A stretch of DNA of 64,000 nucleotides from Bacteroidota bacterium (GTDB taxonomy: Bacteria; Bacteroidota; Bacteroidia; Flavobacteriales; Flavobacteriaceae). Below the pieces are notes generated by a model. It was given only the letters and a program-made list of their open reading frames with translations. It had not been told where the DNA came from and did no database searches. Each line of letters begins with the position of its first letter. The first letter of the stretch is position 1. A program made the translations under genes and the position numbers. Positions 1 through 7,988 of the stretch are shown here, piece by piece. Location: positions 22,976-86,975 of the forward strand of contig JAZJZW010000002.1 in the NCBI GenBank assembly GCA_040389425.1, in the 5' to 3' direction.

Positions 1-209
1 GGAACGATGAAGTCTGGATTGTGTTTTGCAACAACTCGGTCTAAAGCTTCGCCGTCAAGCATGTTGATGACTTCAAAACCATGAGCGACTTGCATTGCGG
101 GTGCATTTTCATAACTATCAACTGCAATCACCGTTTGACCGATGCGTTGTGCTGCGATTACAAATTCTTTACCAAGTTCGCCTGAGCCGAGAAGAAGGAT
201 TTTTGCCAT
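1..209 (-). CDS. purT: Formate-dependent phosphoribosylglycinamide formyltransferase, 5' part (runs off window)
   Basis: Manual translation from ATG at 209: [43 protein letters not shown]..., the typical PurT N-terminus. Confidence 0.93.
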   Translation of the reverse strand, partial: MAKILLLGSGELGKEFVIAAQRIGQTVIAVDSYENAPAMQVAHGFEVINMLDGEALDRVVAKHNPDFIV

Positions 210-364
210 TTTGTATTATATAAGTGCTGTTTTGGTTACGCCCAAAATATTTTGGAAACAAAAATAGTTTAAAATTCGAAGGTATTAAACTTCAAACCTT
301 AAACTATTTTGAAAAATAGATGAGTGATTATTATATTCGTTCAAGGCTAGCGCAAGCGTGGGAA

Positions 365-456
365 GTTTTTTCATTATGCACAAATTTTCCAAATACAAAA
401 CCATTTTAAATTCAGCCTTTTGCCCAAATCTCTTGTAACGGCTAGCAGACGGTTTT
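365..456 (-). mobile_element. Truncated attC-like site (second copy; distal arm missing)
   Basis: Closely similar to 1101-1190 (cacaaattttcca..acaaaaccatttt..aaattcagcc..tgcccaaatctcttgtaacggct); begins directly after the stop codon of 457..819. Confidence 0.7.
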
Positions 457-819
457 TTACCCTTCGCTAACTTTTACATTTGTTACTTTTTTTTCAGTGT
501 CAATTTCAATTGTCAAATTTCCTGTATTTATTCCATTTCCCGTATAACCTAAATTATAGTACAATTCAGTTTTGTTTTCATTGTCAGGTTTGCCTAAAAT
601 TTGTATAATTTCTTTATACTCTTTTCCAATAAGGTCATTTTCGTTTCTCAAACTATTCATCATATCCCAACGAAGACTCCAATTATCTTCTGATTGCAAA
701 TTTGCACTTTTCCACTTTTCAGAGTTGAATTTTTCGTGTGTAATTTTTCCACGTAAGCCAAAAAACAAAACAACAATAGTTGTTAATAGAATATAAATAA
801 TTTTTAAATTTTTATTCAT
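457..819 (-). CDS. Hypothetical exported or membrane-anchored protein, weak SmpA/OmlA(BamE)-like motif; cassette cargo
   Basis: 120 aa ORF, hydrophobic N-terminus, EIIQILGKPD...LYYNLG motif. Confidence 0.7.
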   Translation of the reverse strand: MNKNLKIIYILLTTIVVLFFGLRGKITHEKFNSEKWKSANLQSEDNWSLRWDMMNSLRNENDLIGKEYKEIIQILGKPDNENKTELYYNLGYTGNGINTGNLTIEIDTEKKVTNVKVSEG

Positions 820-1024
820 CGATATGGTTTTTTACTTTTTTCAATATTACGACTACAGCTAAAATTCCAACTGAAATTTTTAGATACAATTTTAAATCTA
901 CGTTTGAAATTCCTTTATAAGTTGGATTTACAAATCGTTGAATTAAAAAATACAGAACAATTATTGTCAAAAAAATCCAAAAATAAAGAATTGATTTTTC
1001 TATGATATTAATAATTCGTTTCAT
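812..1024 (-). CDS. Small hypothetical membrane protein (2 TM); cassette cargo
   Basis: 70 aa ORF with two hydrophobic stretches; overlaps the next ORF by 8 nt. Confidence 0.6.
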   Translation of the reverse strand: MKRIINIIEKSILYFWIFLTIIVLYFLIQRFVNPTYKGISNVDLKLYLKISVGILAVVVILKKVKNHIDE

Positions 1025-1051
1025 ATTTCTGATTTTTCGTTGCTCGAAACT

Positions 1052-1190
1052 GTCTGCTAACGTCCTGGCGCTACAAGATGTTTGAGATTAAAGATGCGAG
1101 GTTTTTCCATTAAACACAAATTTTCCAAGGACAAAACCATTTTTAAATTCAGCCAAATGCCCAAATCTCTTGTAACGGCTGTTAGCGGTT
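1052..1190 (-). mobile_element. attC-like recombination site
   Basis: On the minus strand AACCGCTAAC-AGCCGTTACAAGAGATTTGGG...CTCAAACATCTTGTAGCG-CCAGGAC-GTTAGCAGAC; imperfect palindrome with AAC and GTT cores, lying between a stop codon and the next start. Confidence 0.78.
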
Positions 1191-1201
1191 GTTTTTTTTA
1201 T

Positions 1202-1765
1202 TTATTCCCATATTTTCCACCACTTCTTTTTTTCAGTGGTTTCGTTTTCATTAACGATTTTTAACATATGTGAAATCCGTTTTTCAGCTTCTTCTTTAGA
1301 AATACCATTATAAAAATCTTTAACAAATGGATGATTAAAATTTTCGTGAGGAATTAATTCAGGTCTTTGTCCGTTAGTTCTTGTATAAACGTTCATTGGA
1401 ATACTTTCTGAAAATTCATAATCAATAATGTCGTTACAAAGCCAACCAAAATAACCTTCTTGTGCGGTTTCTTTTTTAAAGTTTTTTTCATAATCCAAAT
1501 AGCTTTTTTCGCTTAACGAAACCCAAAGCCCATAATGTAAATCTTCACAATGGTCATTAACTGTTTGATTAAAAGTACAGCGAATAAATCGATGAATTTC
1601 TCCATTATCATTTATGGTACAGAAATCACTGTCAAGATATCCAATGTTTTTTTTATCATCTTCAGTCAAGCAACTATAATTATCTGGAGAGTTAAATGTC
1701 AAAGCAGGCCATTCTTCGTGAATTTTTCCACAACAACTACATTTAAATTGAATTTCTTTTGACAT
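1202..1765 (-). CDS. DUF2199-like Cys/His-rich protein; cassette cargo
   Basis: CSCCGKIHEEWP N-terminus, DFC, YGLWVSLSE and YFGWL motifs recalled from DUF2199; KKWWKIW tail. Confidence 0.75.
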   Translation of the reverse strand: MSKEIQFKCSCCGKIHEEWPALTFNSPDNYSCLTEDDKKNIGYLDSDFCTINDNGEIHRFIRCTFNQTVNDHCEDLHYGLWVSLSEKSYLDYEKNFKKETAQEGYFGWLCNDIIDYEFSESIPMNVYTRTNGQRPELIPHENFNHPFVKDFYNGISKEEAEKRISHMLKIVNENETTEKKKWWKIWE

Positions 1766-1799
1766 TGAAATATGTTTTGTTTCCGTTTTTTTTCAAAAT

Positions 1800-1879
1800 A
1801 ACCGCTAACTAGTATATAGGCGAAATAAACCTTCGCCAATCTACCTGATTTTGGGTGTATATGCGAAGGTTAGTTTCGC
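1800..1879 (-). mobile_element. Putative attI-like array leader: GTTAGCGGTT core plus 17-bp inverted repeat
   Basis: AACCGCTAAC at 1800-1809; arms gcgaaataaaccttcgc (1820-1836) and gcgaaggttagtttcgc (1863-1879). Confidence 0.55.
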
Positions 1880-1892
1880 TTTATTTATTCTT

Positions 1893-1926
1893 CAAATATA
1901 GATAATTATAGTCACAAACCTACAAA
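1893..1926 (-). promoter_or_regulatory. Bacteroidota sigma-A type promoter facing the cassette array
   Basis: TATATTTG (-7 consensus TAnnTTTG) at 1900-1893 with TTTG candidates upstream. Confidence 0.55.
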
Positions 1927-2012
1927 ATGTGTATTCCCTTTATTTTAGCTTTTTTTGTGCTCTGCCCAGTAAAATATGGGTTTCGAAGAAAAAAAGAATG
2001 CCCTGATACGAG

Positions 2013-2145
2013 CTTCGGACTCCCTGTTGTATACTTCGGACAACCTGATACCTACTTCTGACTCCCTGTTATATACTTCAGACAACTTGATAACTACTTC
2101 TGACTCCTATTTGCCTACTTCGGATGGGGTGTTGTTTACTTCTGA
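2013..2145. repeat. Degenerate 21-bp tandem repeat, 6 units plus a partial one, alternating A/B units
   Basis: Units start cttcNga at 2013, 2034, 2055, 2076, 2097, 2118, 2139. Confidence 0.85.
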
Positions 2146-2283
2146 AAGGTTTTCGCTGTTGTCGGATGTATTGATTGGAGATAATGAATGTGTTGAAATC
2201 TTGTTTAATGCAGTATTATAGATACTCGGTTACAAATTATGAAATCAGTTTTGTGAAGTTAGGTTTTAATTATTGAGGATTAG

Positions 2284-2420
2284 ATGAATTGCGTCTGGCT
2301 TTAGCCAGATGTTACTATTGATGTTATGAAAAAAGGCTTTAGCCAAAATAGTATTGATTTTTGGCTAAAGCCAATTAGATATCTTATTCTTAAAACGGGC
2401 TGAAGCCCGTTCCAATTCAT
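2284..2420. repeat. REP/REPIN-like composite palindromic element
   Basis: Outer atgaattg/caattcat; hairpins tctggctttagccaga and aacgggctgaagcccgtt; inner pair ggctttagccaaaa/ttttggctaaagcc. Confidence 0.75.
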
Positions 2421-2470
2421 GTTTTAGAGAAATAGATTTTGATTTAGCTATAAAGGTCAATATTTTTTTC

Positions 2471-2516
2471 ACCGCAGATTCGCAGATTTTACTATACTAA
2501 TCTGTGAATCTGCGGT
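2471..2516. repeat. Palindromic intergenic repeat
   Basis: accgcagattcgcagatt ... aatctgtgaatctgcggt, near-perfect inverted repeat. Confidence 0.8.
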
Positions 2517-2552
2517 AATTTTGCGGAGCGGTGGTTGTTAAAAATACAAACT

Positions 2553-2623
2553 TGTCATTCCGAAGAATGAGAAATCACATCAAGTAATTCAGATAATGAG
2601 ATTCCTCATTCTTCGGAATGACA
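2553..2623. repeat. Palindromic intergenic repeat (TGTCATT...AATGACA type)
   Basis: tgtcattccgaagaatgagaaatc ... gattcctcattcttcggaatgaca. Confidence 0.8.
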
Positions 2624-2733
2624 GACTAAATATTGAATGTAGATTATGAAAAATGGAATAGAAAATTTTCACGGTAATTTCTATGTTTAAATGGTTTAAC
2701 TCGAACAGCCTAATGTTTAAGCTAACACTATTG

Positions 2734-2843
2734 TGGGTTAGGGATAGCAGCGGAAATCCTTTTTATTTTTTCTTTAAAAATAAAAAGATTGTAGCGTATA
2801 GCCCGCCCTTGTCTCGTCTTTTTTGAGGAGACGAGGGAACCCC
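2734..2843. repeat. Multi-hairpin intergenic repeat element
   Basis: tgggtt/aaccca ends; gggatagcagcgg..aatc paired with gatt..tagcgtatagccc; second hairpin ctcgtctt/ggagacgag. Confidence 0.65.
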
Positions 2844-2844
2844 A

Positions 2845-2882
2845 TAAAAAAATGCCCCAAGAAAATCCTGAGGCATTTTTAT
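2845..2882 (-). terminator. Intrinsic terminator of the aminotransferase gene
   Basis: aaaaaaaatgccccaag...cctgaggcattttt hairpin with T tract on the minus strand. Confidence 0.7.
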
Positions 2883-2905
2883 TATTTTGAATAATGATTT
2901 TTTGA

Positions 2906-4096
2906 CTATCCTGCCAAAGCGTCTTTAATTCTTTTTAAAGCTTCTTTTAATAATTCGTCGCTAGTAGCATAAGAGAAACGAATACAGTCAGGATTACCAA
3001 AAGCATCTCCAGTTACTGTAGCTACGCAAGCTTCTGCTAAAAGGTACATAGAAACATCGTTTGCATCTTTAATTTCAGTTCCTTTTAATGTTTTTCCGAA
3101 GAAAGAAGAAACGTCAGGGAAAACATAAAATGCTCCTTCTGGAACGTTGATTTTTACTCCTGGAATTTCTTTTAACAATCCAACAACTAAATCTCTACGA
3201 GAGTGGAATGCTTGTACCATGTGTTTCAATACAGATGGATCAGCATCAACAGCAGTAATAGTAGCACGTTGTGCTGGAGAATTTGCTCCTGAAGTTACCT
3301 GACCTTGAATTTTTGTACATGCTTTAGCAATGAATTCAGGTGCTCCAATGTATCCAATTCTGTATCCTGTCATAGCGAAAGCTTTAGCAACTCCGTTTAC
3401 AGTTACCGTTCTTTCTAACATTCCTGGGATAGAAGCAATACTGCAAAAAGTTCCAGAGAAGTTGATGTGCTCATAGATTTCGTCAGCAACAACATAGATA
3501 TTTGGGTATTTTGCTAATACTGCTGCTAGCGCCGTTAATTCTTCACGGTTGTAAACTGATCCTGATGGGTTACAAGGAGAAGAAAACCACATCATTTTTG
3601 TTTTTGGTGTGATAGCTGCTTCTAATTGTTCTGGTGTGATTTTGAAATCAGTGTCTACAGAAGTTGGAACTTCTACCGGAACACCACCTGATAATTTTAC
3701 GATTTCGAAATAAGAAACCCAGTAAGGTGCTGGTAAGATTACTTCGTCACCATCGTTTAACATTACTTGTGCAATGTTGTATAAAGATTGTTTTGCTCCT
3801 GTTGAAACTACAATTTGAGATGGTTTGTAATCTAAATCATTGTCTCTTTTAAATTTTCTACAGATAGCTTCTTTCAATTCAGCATATCCATCAACTGGAG
3901 AATAAGTGCTGTAGTTTTCGTCAATCGCTTTTTTAGCTGCTTCTTTGATGAAATCAGGTGTGTTAAAGTCAGGTTCACCTAAACTTAAACTGATGATGTC
4001 TTTACCTTGCGCTTTTAATTCTCTAGCCAAAGCTGCCATTGCTAATGTTTGTGATGTAGCAAGATTGTTAATTCTGTCTGAAAGTGGATTACTCAT
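2906..4096 (-). CDS. aspC: PLP-dependent aminotransferase class I (aspartate aminotransferase)
   Basis: LSLGEPDF, PCNPSG, DEIY and AKAFAMTGYRIG motifs. Confidence 0.9.
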   Translation of the reverse strand: MSNPLSDRINNLATSQTLAMAALARELKAQGKDIISLSLGEPDFNTPDFIKEAAKKAIDENYSTYSPVDGYAELKEAICRKFKRDNDLDYKPSQIVVSTGAKQSLYNIAQVMLNDGDEVILPAPYWVSYFEIVKLSGGVPVEVPTSVDTDFKITPEQLEAAITPKTKMMWFSSPCNPSGSVYNREELTALAAVLAKYPNIYVVADEIYEHINFSGTFCSIASIPGMLERTVTVNGVAKAFAMTGYRIGYIGAPEFIAKACTKIQGQVTSGANSPAQRATITAVDADPSVLKHMVQAFHSRRDLVVGLLKEIPGVKINVPEGAFYVFPDVSSFFGKTLKGTEIKDANDVSMYLLAEACVATVTGDAFGNPDCIRFSYATSDELLKEALKRIKDALAG

Positions 4097-4186
4097 TATA
4101 AAGTGTTGATAGCCCTGATAAGGGGGATTAATTATTTGTTTTTATTTAATATAATGAAAGGCGTAGCGCTACATCGAAATGTATTT

Positions 4187-5281
4187 CTAAGCCATTTCTG
4201 GGTTTGTTCCTAATTCTTTTAAATGTTTGAAATGTGCAATAACGGCAGCTCTCATGGTTTTGTATTCATAATAAGGCAGATTGCATTCTTGTGCAGTTTC
4301 GCGAACAATTTTTGCAATTTTACCATAATGTATATGACTGATATTTGGAAAAATATGATGCTCTATTTGGTGATTCAAACCCCCAGTGTACCAATTAACC
4401 AACCAGTTTTTTGGTGCAAAATTAGTCGTAGTAAACAGTTGGTGAATGGCCCAGGTGTTTTCCATTTCGCCTAATTCATTTGGAGTAGGATTTTCTACTT
4501 CGTCTACCACATGAGCTAATTGGAATACAATACTTAAGATTAAACCTGCGGTATAGTGCATTACAAAAAAACCAATCAATAATTTCCACCAAGTGATTCC
4601 AATAACCAGCGGTAATACAATCCAGATCGAAATGTAAATTATTTTGGTGATGATTAAAGTAGTCCAAAGAATCTTTGGGTTTTTAGGTTCGCCATAAGAT
4701 AATTTTCTTTGTAAGTAACGTTTCATTTGCTTAAAATCGGTAGTAATTGCCCAATTGAAAGTAAGCAATCCATACAAAAACACCGAATAATAATGTTGAA
4801 AACGATGAAAGCTATGCCATTTAGCACTTTTAGTAAAACGGATAATTCTACCAGCATCTAAATCTTCGTCATATCCAGGAATATTAGTGTAAGTATGATG
4901 TAAGACATTATGTTGTACTTGCCAGTTGTAAACATTTCCTGCTAAGACATAAATGGTACCTCCCATTATTTTATTGATCCAGTTTTTATTAGAATAGGAA
5001 CCGTGATTGCCATCGTGCATCACATTCATTCCTAATCCCGCCATTCCTATTCCCATAACAAAGGTTAATAGTAGGTGTACCCAAAAAGGCATATCCAACG
5101 TAAGAATTAGAAAATAAGGAACTAGAAAAACAGTAAAAAGAATCACTGCTTTTAGATGCAGCTTCCAATTACCTGCTTTTGAAATATTATTTTCTTTGAA
5201 GTAGTTGTTTACCCGCGAGTTAAGCGTTCTAAAAAACTTTAGTTTGTCTTGCTTAGCAAATGTAGGTGCGGTAATATTCAT
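4187..5281 (-). CDS. Acyl-CoA/fatty acid desaturase
   Basis: His boxes HDGNH, HNVLHH, HQIEHH; ATG at 5281 preferred over the upstream TTG. Confidence 0.92.
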   Translation of the reverse strand: MNITAPTFAKQDKLKFFRTLNSRVNNYFKENNISKAGNWKLHLKAVILFTVFLVPYFLILTLDMPFWVHLLLTFVMGIGMAGLGMNVMHDGNHGSYSNKNWINKIMGGTIYVLAGNVYNWQVQHNVLHHTYTNIPGYDEDLDAGRIIRFTKSAKWHSFHRFQHYYSVFLYGLLTFNWAITTDFKQMKRYLQRKLSYGEPKNPKILWTTLIITKIIYISIWIVLPLVIGITWWKLLIGFFVMHYTAGLILSIVFQLAHVVDEVENPTPNELGEMENTWAIHQLFTTTNFAPKNWLVNWYTGGLNHQIEHHIFPNISHIHYGKIAKIVRETAQECNLPYYEYKTMRAAVIAHFKHLKELGTNPEMA

Positions 5282-5389
5282 AAAATTCAAAAATAGCGTT
5301 CAAAGATAATTATTTATAAATTTTAACTCTGCAAAATTCAGTTAAATATTTCAAACTTAAAAATAGTACTTTTGTTAAAAAAATAAACA

Positions 5390-6019
5390 ATGGACGAGAT
5401 TCTTAAGTATTTTCCTGACTTAACCGATATTCAAAAAGAACAATTCCAAAAATTGGATTTTTTATACCATGATTGGAACGAAAAAATAAATGTCATTTCT
5501 AGAAAAGATATTGACTCTTTGTATACTAAACATATTTTGCATTCTTTAGGAATTGCTAAAATCATGAAATTTGAACCAGGAAGTTATGTGCTTGATGTGG
5601 GTACTGGTGGAGGTTTTCCTGGAATTCCATTGGCGATTTTATTTCCTGAAACTCGTTTTTATCTGATAGATGTAATTGCTAAAAAAATAAAAGTAGTACA
5701 AGGTGTTGCCGATGCTTTGGAACTTAAAAATGTAAAAGCCGAACAAATTCGTGCCGAAAATGTAAAAGGCGATTTTGATTTTATTGTAAGTCGTGCCGTG
5801 ACTAATATGCCCGATTTTGTTTCTTGGGTAAAGACTAAAATCAAGAAACAACAAAAACACGAATTGAAAAACGGAATTCTTTACCTAAAAGGAGGTGATT
5901 TAACCGAAGAATTAGCTGCTTTCCCAAAAGCAACTCAATATGATTTAGCTACAATCTTTGAAGATGAATTCTTTGAAACTAAGAAAGTAGTCCACTTGCC
6001 GTTGAAGTTTGTGGTTTAG
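5390..6019 (+). CDS. rsmG: 16S rRNA m7G527 methyltransferase
   Basis: WNEKINVIS, DVGTGGGFPGIPLA, SRAV motifs. Confidence 0.96.
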   Translation: MDEILKYFPDLTDIQKEQFQKLDFLYHDWNEKINVISRKDIDSLYTKHILHSLGIAKIMKFEPGSYVLDVGTGGGFPGIPLAILFPETRFYLIDVIAKKIKVVQGVADALELKNVKAEQIRAENVKGDFDFIVSRAVTNMPDFVSWVKTKIKKQQKHELKNGILYLKGGDLTEELAAFPKATQYDLATIFEDEFFETKKVVHLPLKFVV

Positions 6020-6034
6020 TAATAGATTTATCCC

Positions 6035-6088
6035 AAAAAAGAAAACCCACAAGATTCAAAAATAAATTGATTCTTGTGGGTTTTTTTG
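6035..6088. terminator. Bidirectional terminator between rsmG and pruA
   Basis: aaaacccacaaga...tcttgtgggtttt with A and T tracts. Confidence 0.75.
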
Positions 6089-6089
6089 T

Positions 6090-6112
6090 TCCCCCTGCGG
6101 GGGCTAGGGGGA
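6090..6112. repeat. Short GC-rich palindromic element
   Basis: tccccctgcgggggctaggggga in an AT-rich background. Confidence 0.55.
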
Positions 6113-6113
6113 T

Positions 6114-7742
6114 TTATTCTCCCAAAAATGGATATCTGTAATCTTCAGGTGAAACAAAAACTTCTTTGATAGTTCTTGGCGAAACCCAACGTAGTAAGTT
6201 CATTGCCGAACCCGCTTTGTCATTAGTTCCAGAAGCTCTTGCACCACCAAAAGGTTGTTGTCCCACAACAGCTCCAGTACATTTGTCGTTGATGTATAAG
6301 TTTCCTGATGCGTTTTGTAATTTAACCGTGGCTTCTTCAATTGCATAACGGTCCTGGCTAAAGATAGCGCCTGTTAAAGCGTATTCAGAAGTTTGATCTA
6401 TTAGTTCCAACGTTTCTATCCATTGTGTATCTTCATAAACATAAATTGTTAAAACAGGACCAAATAATTCGGTTTCCATTGTAACGTATTTTGGGTTTGT
6501 AGTTAAAATGACTGTTGGTTCGATAAAATAACCAACCGATTTATCGTAATTTCCACCAATAATGATTTCGGCATCGGCATCTTCTTTTGCTCTATTAATG
6601 TAGCCCGCTAATTTATCGAAAGCCCCTTCGTGGATTACAGCAGTAATGAAATTACTGAAATCTTCTGGTGAACCCATTTTCATCGATTTGATATCCGTTG
6701 TCAATTGTTCTTTAATTGCTGGCCATAAGCTTAGCGGAATATAAACTCTCGAAGCAGCCGAACATTTTTGACCCTGAAATTCGAATGCACCACGTACAAT
6801 TCCCGTTACGGCTTGTTTTACATTGGCACTTGGATGTACCATGACAAAGTCTTTTCCGCCAGTTTCACCTACGATTCTAGGATAAGTTTTATATTGATGA
6901 ATGTTAGTTCCAATTTGCGACCAAAGATCTTTAAAAACCTGAGTCGAGCCGGTATAATGCAATCCTGCAAATTCACGGCTTGATAAAATAGTTTTGGTAA
7001 TCATAGCAGCATCACCAAAAACAACATTGATCACACCGTCAGGAAGTCCTGCTTCTTTGAAAACTTCGATGATGATTTTTGCAGAAAAAACCTGACTGTC
7101 ACTTGGTTTCCAAATCACTACATTTCCCATCATGGCAGCACTTGCCGGAAGATTTGCGGCAATAGCGGTAAAGTTAAACGGAGTAATGGCATAGACAAAA
7201 CCTTCCAATGGGCGGTATTCTAATCTATTCCATATATCAGAAGTTGAGGTAGGTTGGTCAGCATAAATCTGTGTCATGAATTCTACATTGAAACGTAAAA
7301 AGTCAATCAATTCGCAAGAAGCATCAATTTCGGCCTGATGAATATTTTTAGACTGCCCAATCATGGTTGCTGCATTAATCCTAGCGCGGTATGGACCAGC
7401 GATTAATTCGGCTGCTTTTAAGAATATTGCTGCACGTTGTTCCCAAGCCATATTAGCCCAAGCTGTTCTGGATTCTAGTGCATTTGCAATAGCGCTTTCT
7501 ATATGCGTTTTTTCGGCAAGATGATAGCTTCCTACAATGTGTTTGTGGTCGTGAGGAGGAGCTATATTTCGGGTATTTCCAGTTCTGATTTCCTCGCTGC
7601 CGATGTATAAAGGAATATCAATTTTAGAATTCCACATTTTTTTATAGGCTGCAAGAACTGCTTCTTTTTCTGGAGAATTTGGAGCGTACGATTTTACGGC
7701 TTCGTTTATTGCTTTGGGTACTTTAAAAAATCCTTTTAGCAT
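6114..7742 (-). CDS. pruA: L-glutamate gamma-semialdehyde (P5C) dehydrogenase
   Basis: ALDH motifs PFNF, ETGGKDF, QGQKCSA, ELFGP, PFGGARASGTNDKAG. Confidence 0.95.
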   Translation of the reverse strand: MLKGFFKVPKAINEAVKSYAPNSPEKEAVLAAYKKMWNSKIDIPLYIGSEEIRTGNTRNIAPPHDHKHIVGSYHLAEKTHIESAIANALESRTAWANMAWEQRAAIFLKAAELIAGPYRARINAATMIGQSKNIHQAEIDASCELIDFLRFNVEFMTQIYADQPTSTSDIWNRLEYRPLEGFVYAITPFNFTAIAANLPASAAMMGNVVIWKPSDSQVFSAKIIIEVFKEAGLPDGVINVVFGDAAMITKTILSSREFAGLHYTGSTQVFKDLWSQIGTNIHQYKTYPRIVGETGGKDFVMVHPSANVKQAVTGIVRGAFEFQGQKCSAASRVYIPLSLWPAIKEQLTTDIKSMKMGSPEDFSNFITAVIHEGAFDKLAGYINRAKEDADAEIIIGGNYDKSVGYFIEPTVILTTNPKYVTMETELFGPVLTIYVYEDTQWIETLELIDQTSEYALTGAIFSQDRYAIEEATVKLQNASGNLYINDKCTGAVVGQQPFGGARASGTNDKAGSAMNLLRWVSPRTIKEVFVSPEDYRYPFLGE

Positions 7743-7814
7743 TGTATTTTGTTTTTTATATCTAATTGAATTTAGATAGGGTTAGAAAATTTTATACTAT
7801 TTAGATAATCGAGT

Positions 7815-7884
7815 TGTCATCCCGAGCGGAGTCGAGGGACTTGATGTTATATTAGCAATGTTCTCGACTTCGCTCGAACTGACA
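7815..7884. repeat. Palindromic intergenic repeat (TGTCA...TGACA type)
   Basis: tgtcatcccgagcggagtcgag ... ctcgacttcgctcgaactgaca. Confidence 0.75.
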
Positions 7885-7988
7885 TTGGATTGATATAAAT
7901 TCTAAAAAGGTATACTAACAAAAGTACAAAAGGAGAATTTAAAACTTTTATAAAGAAGTTATAATAGTTTTAAAAATTAATTGGGATG

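Noticed and set aside
1082-1264. 60 aa plus-strand ORF
   Set aside because: Overlies the attC-like element and is antisense to the DUF2199-like gene; probably spurious.
2013-2145. Possible CRISPR array
   Set aside because: The 21-bp period is too short, the variable parts resemble each other, and no cas genes are present.
1976-2221. 81 aa ORF as a confident gene, or as the missing integrase
   Set aside because: The open frame is explained by the 21-bp repeat, and it has no tyrosine recombinase motifs.
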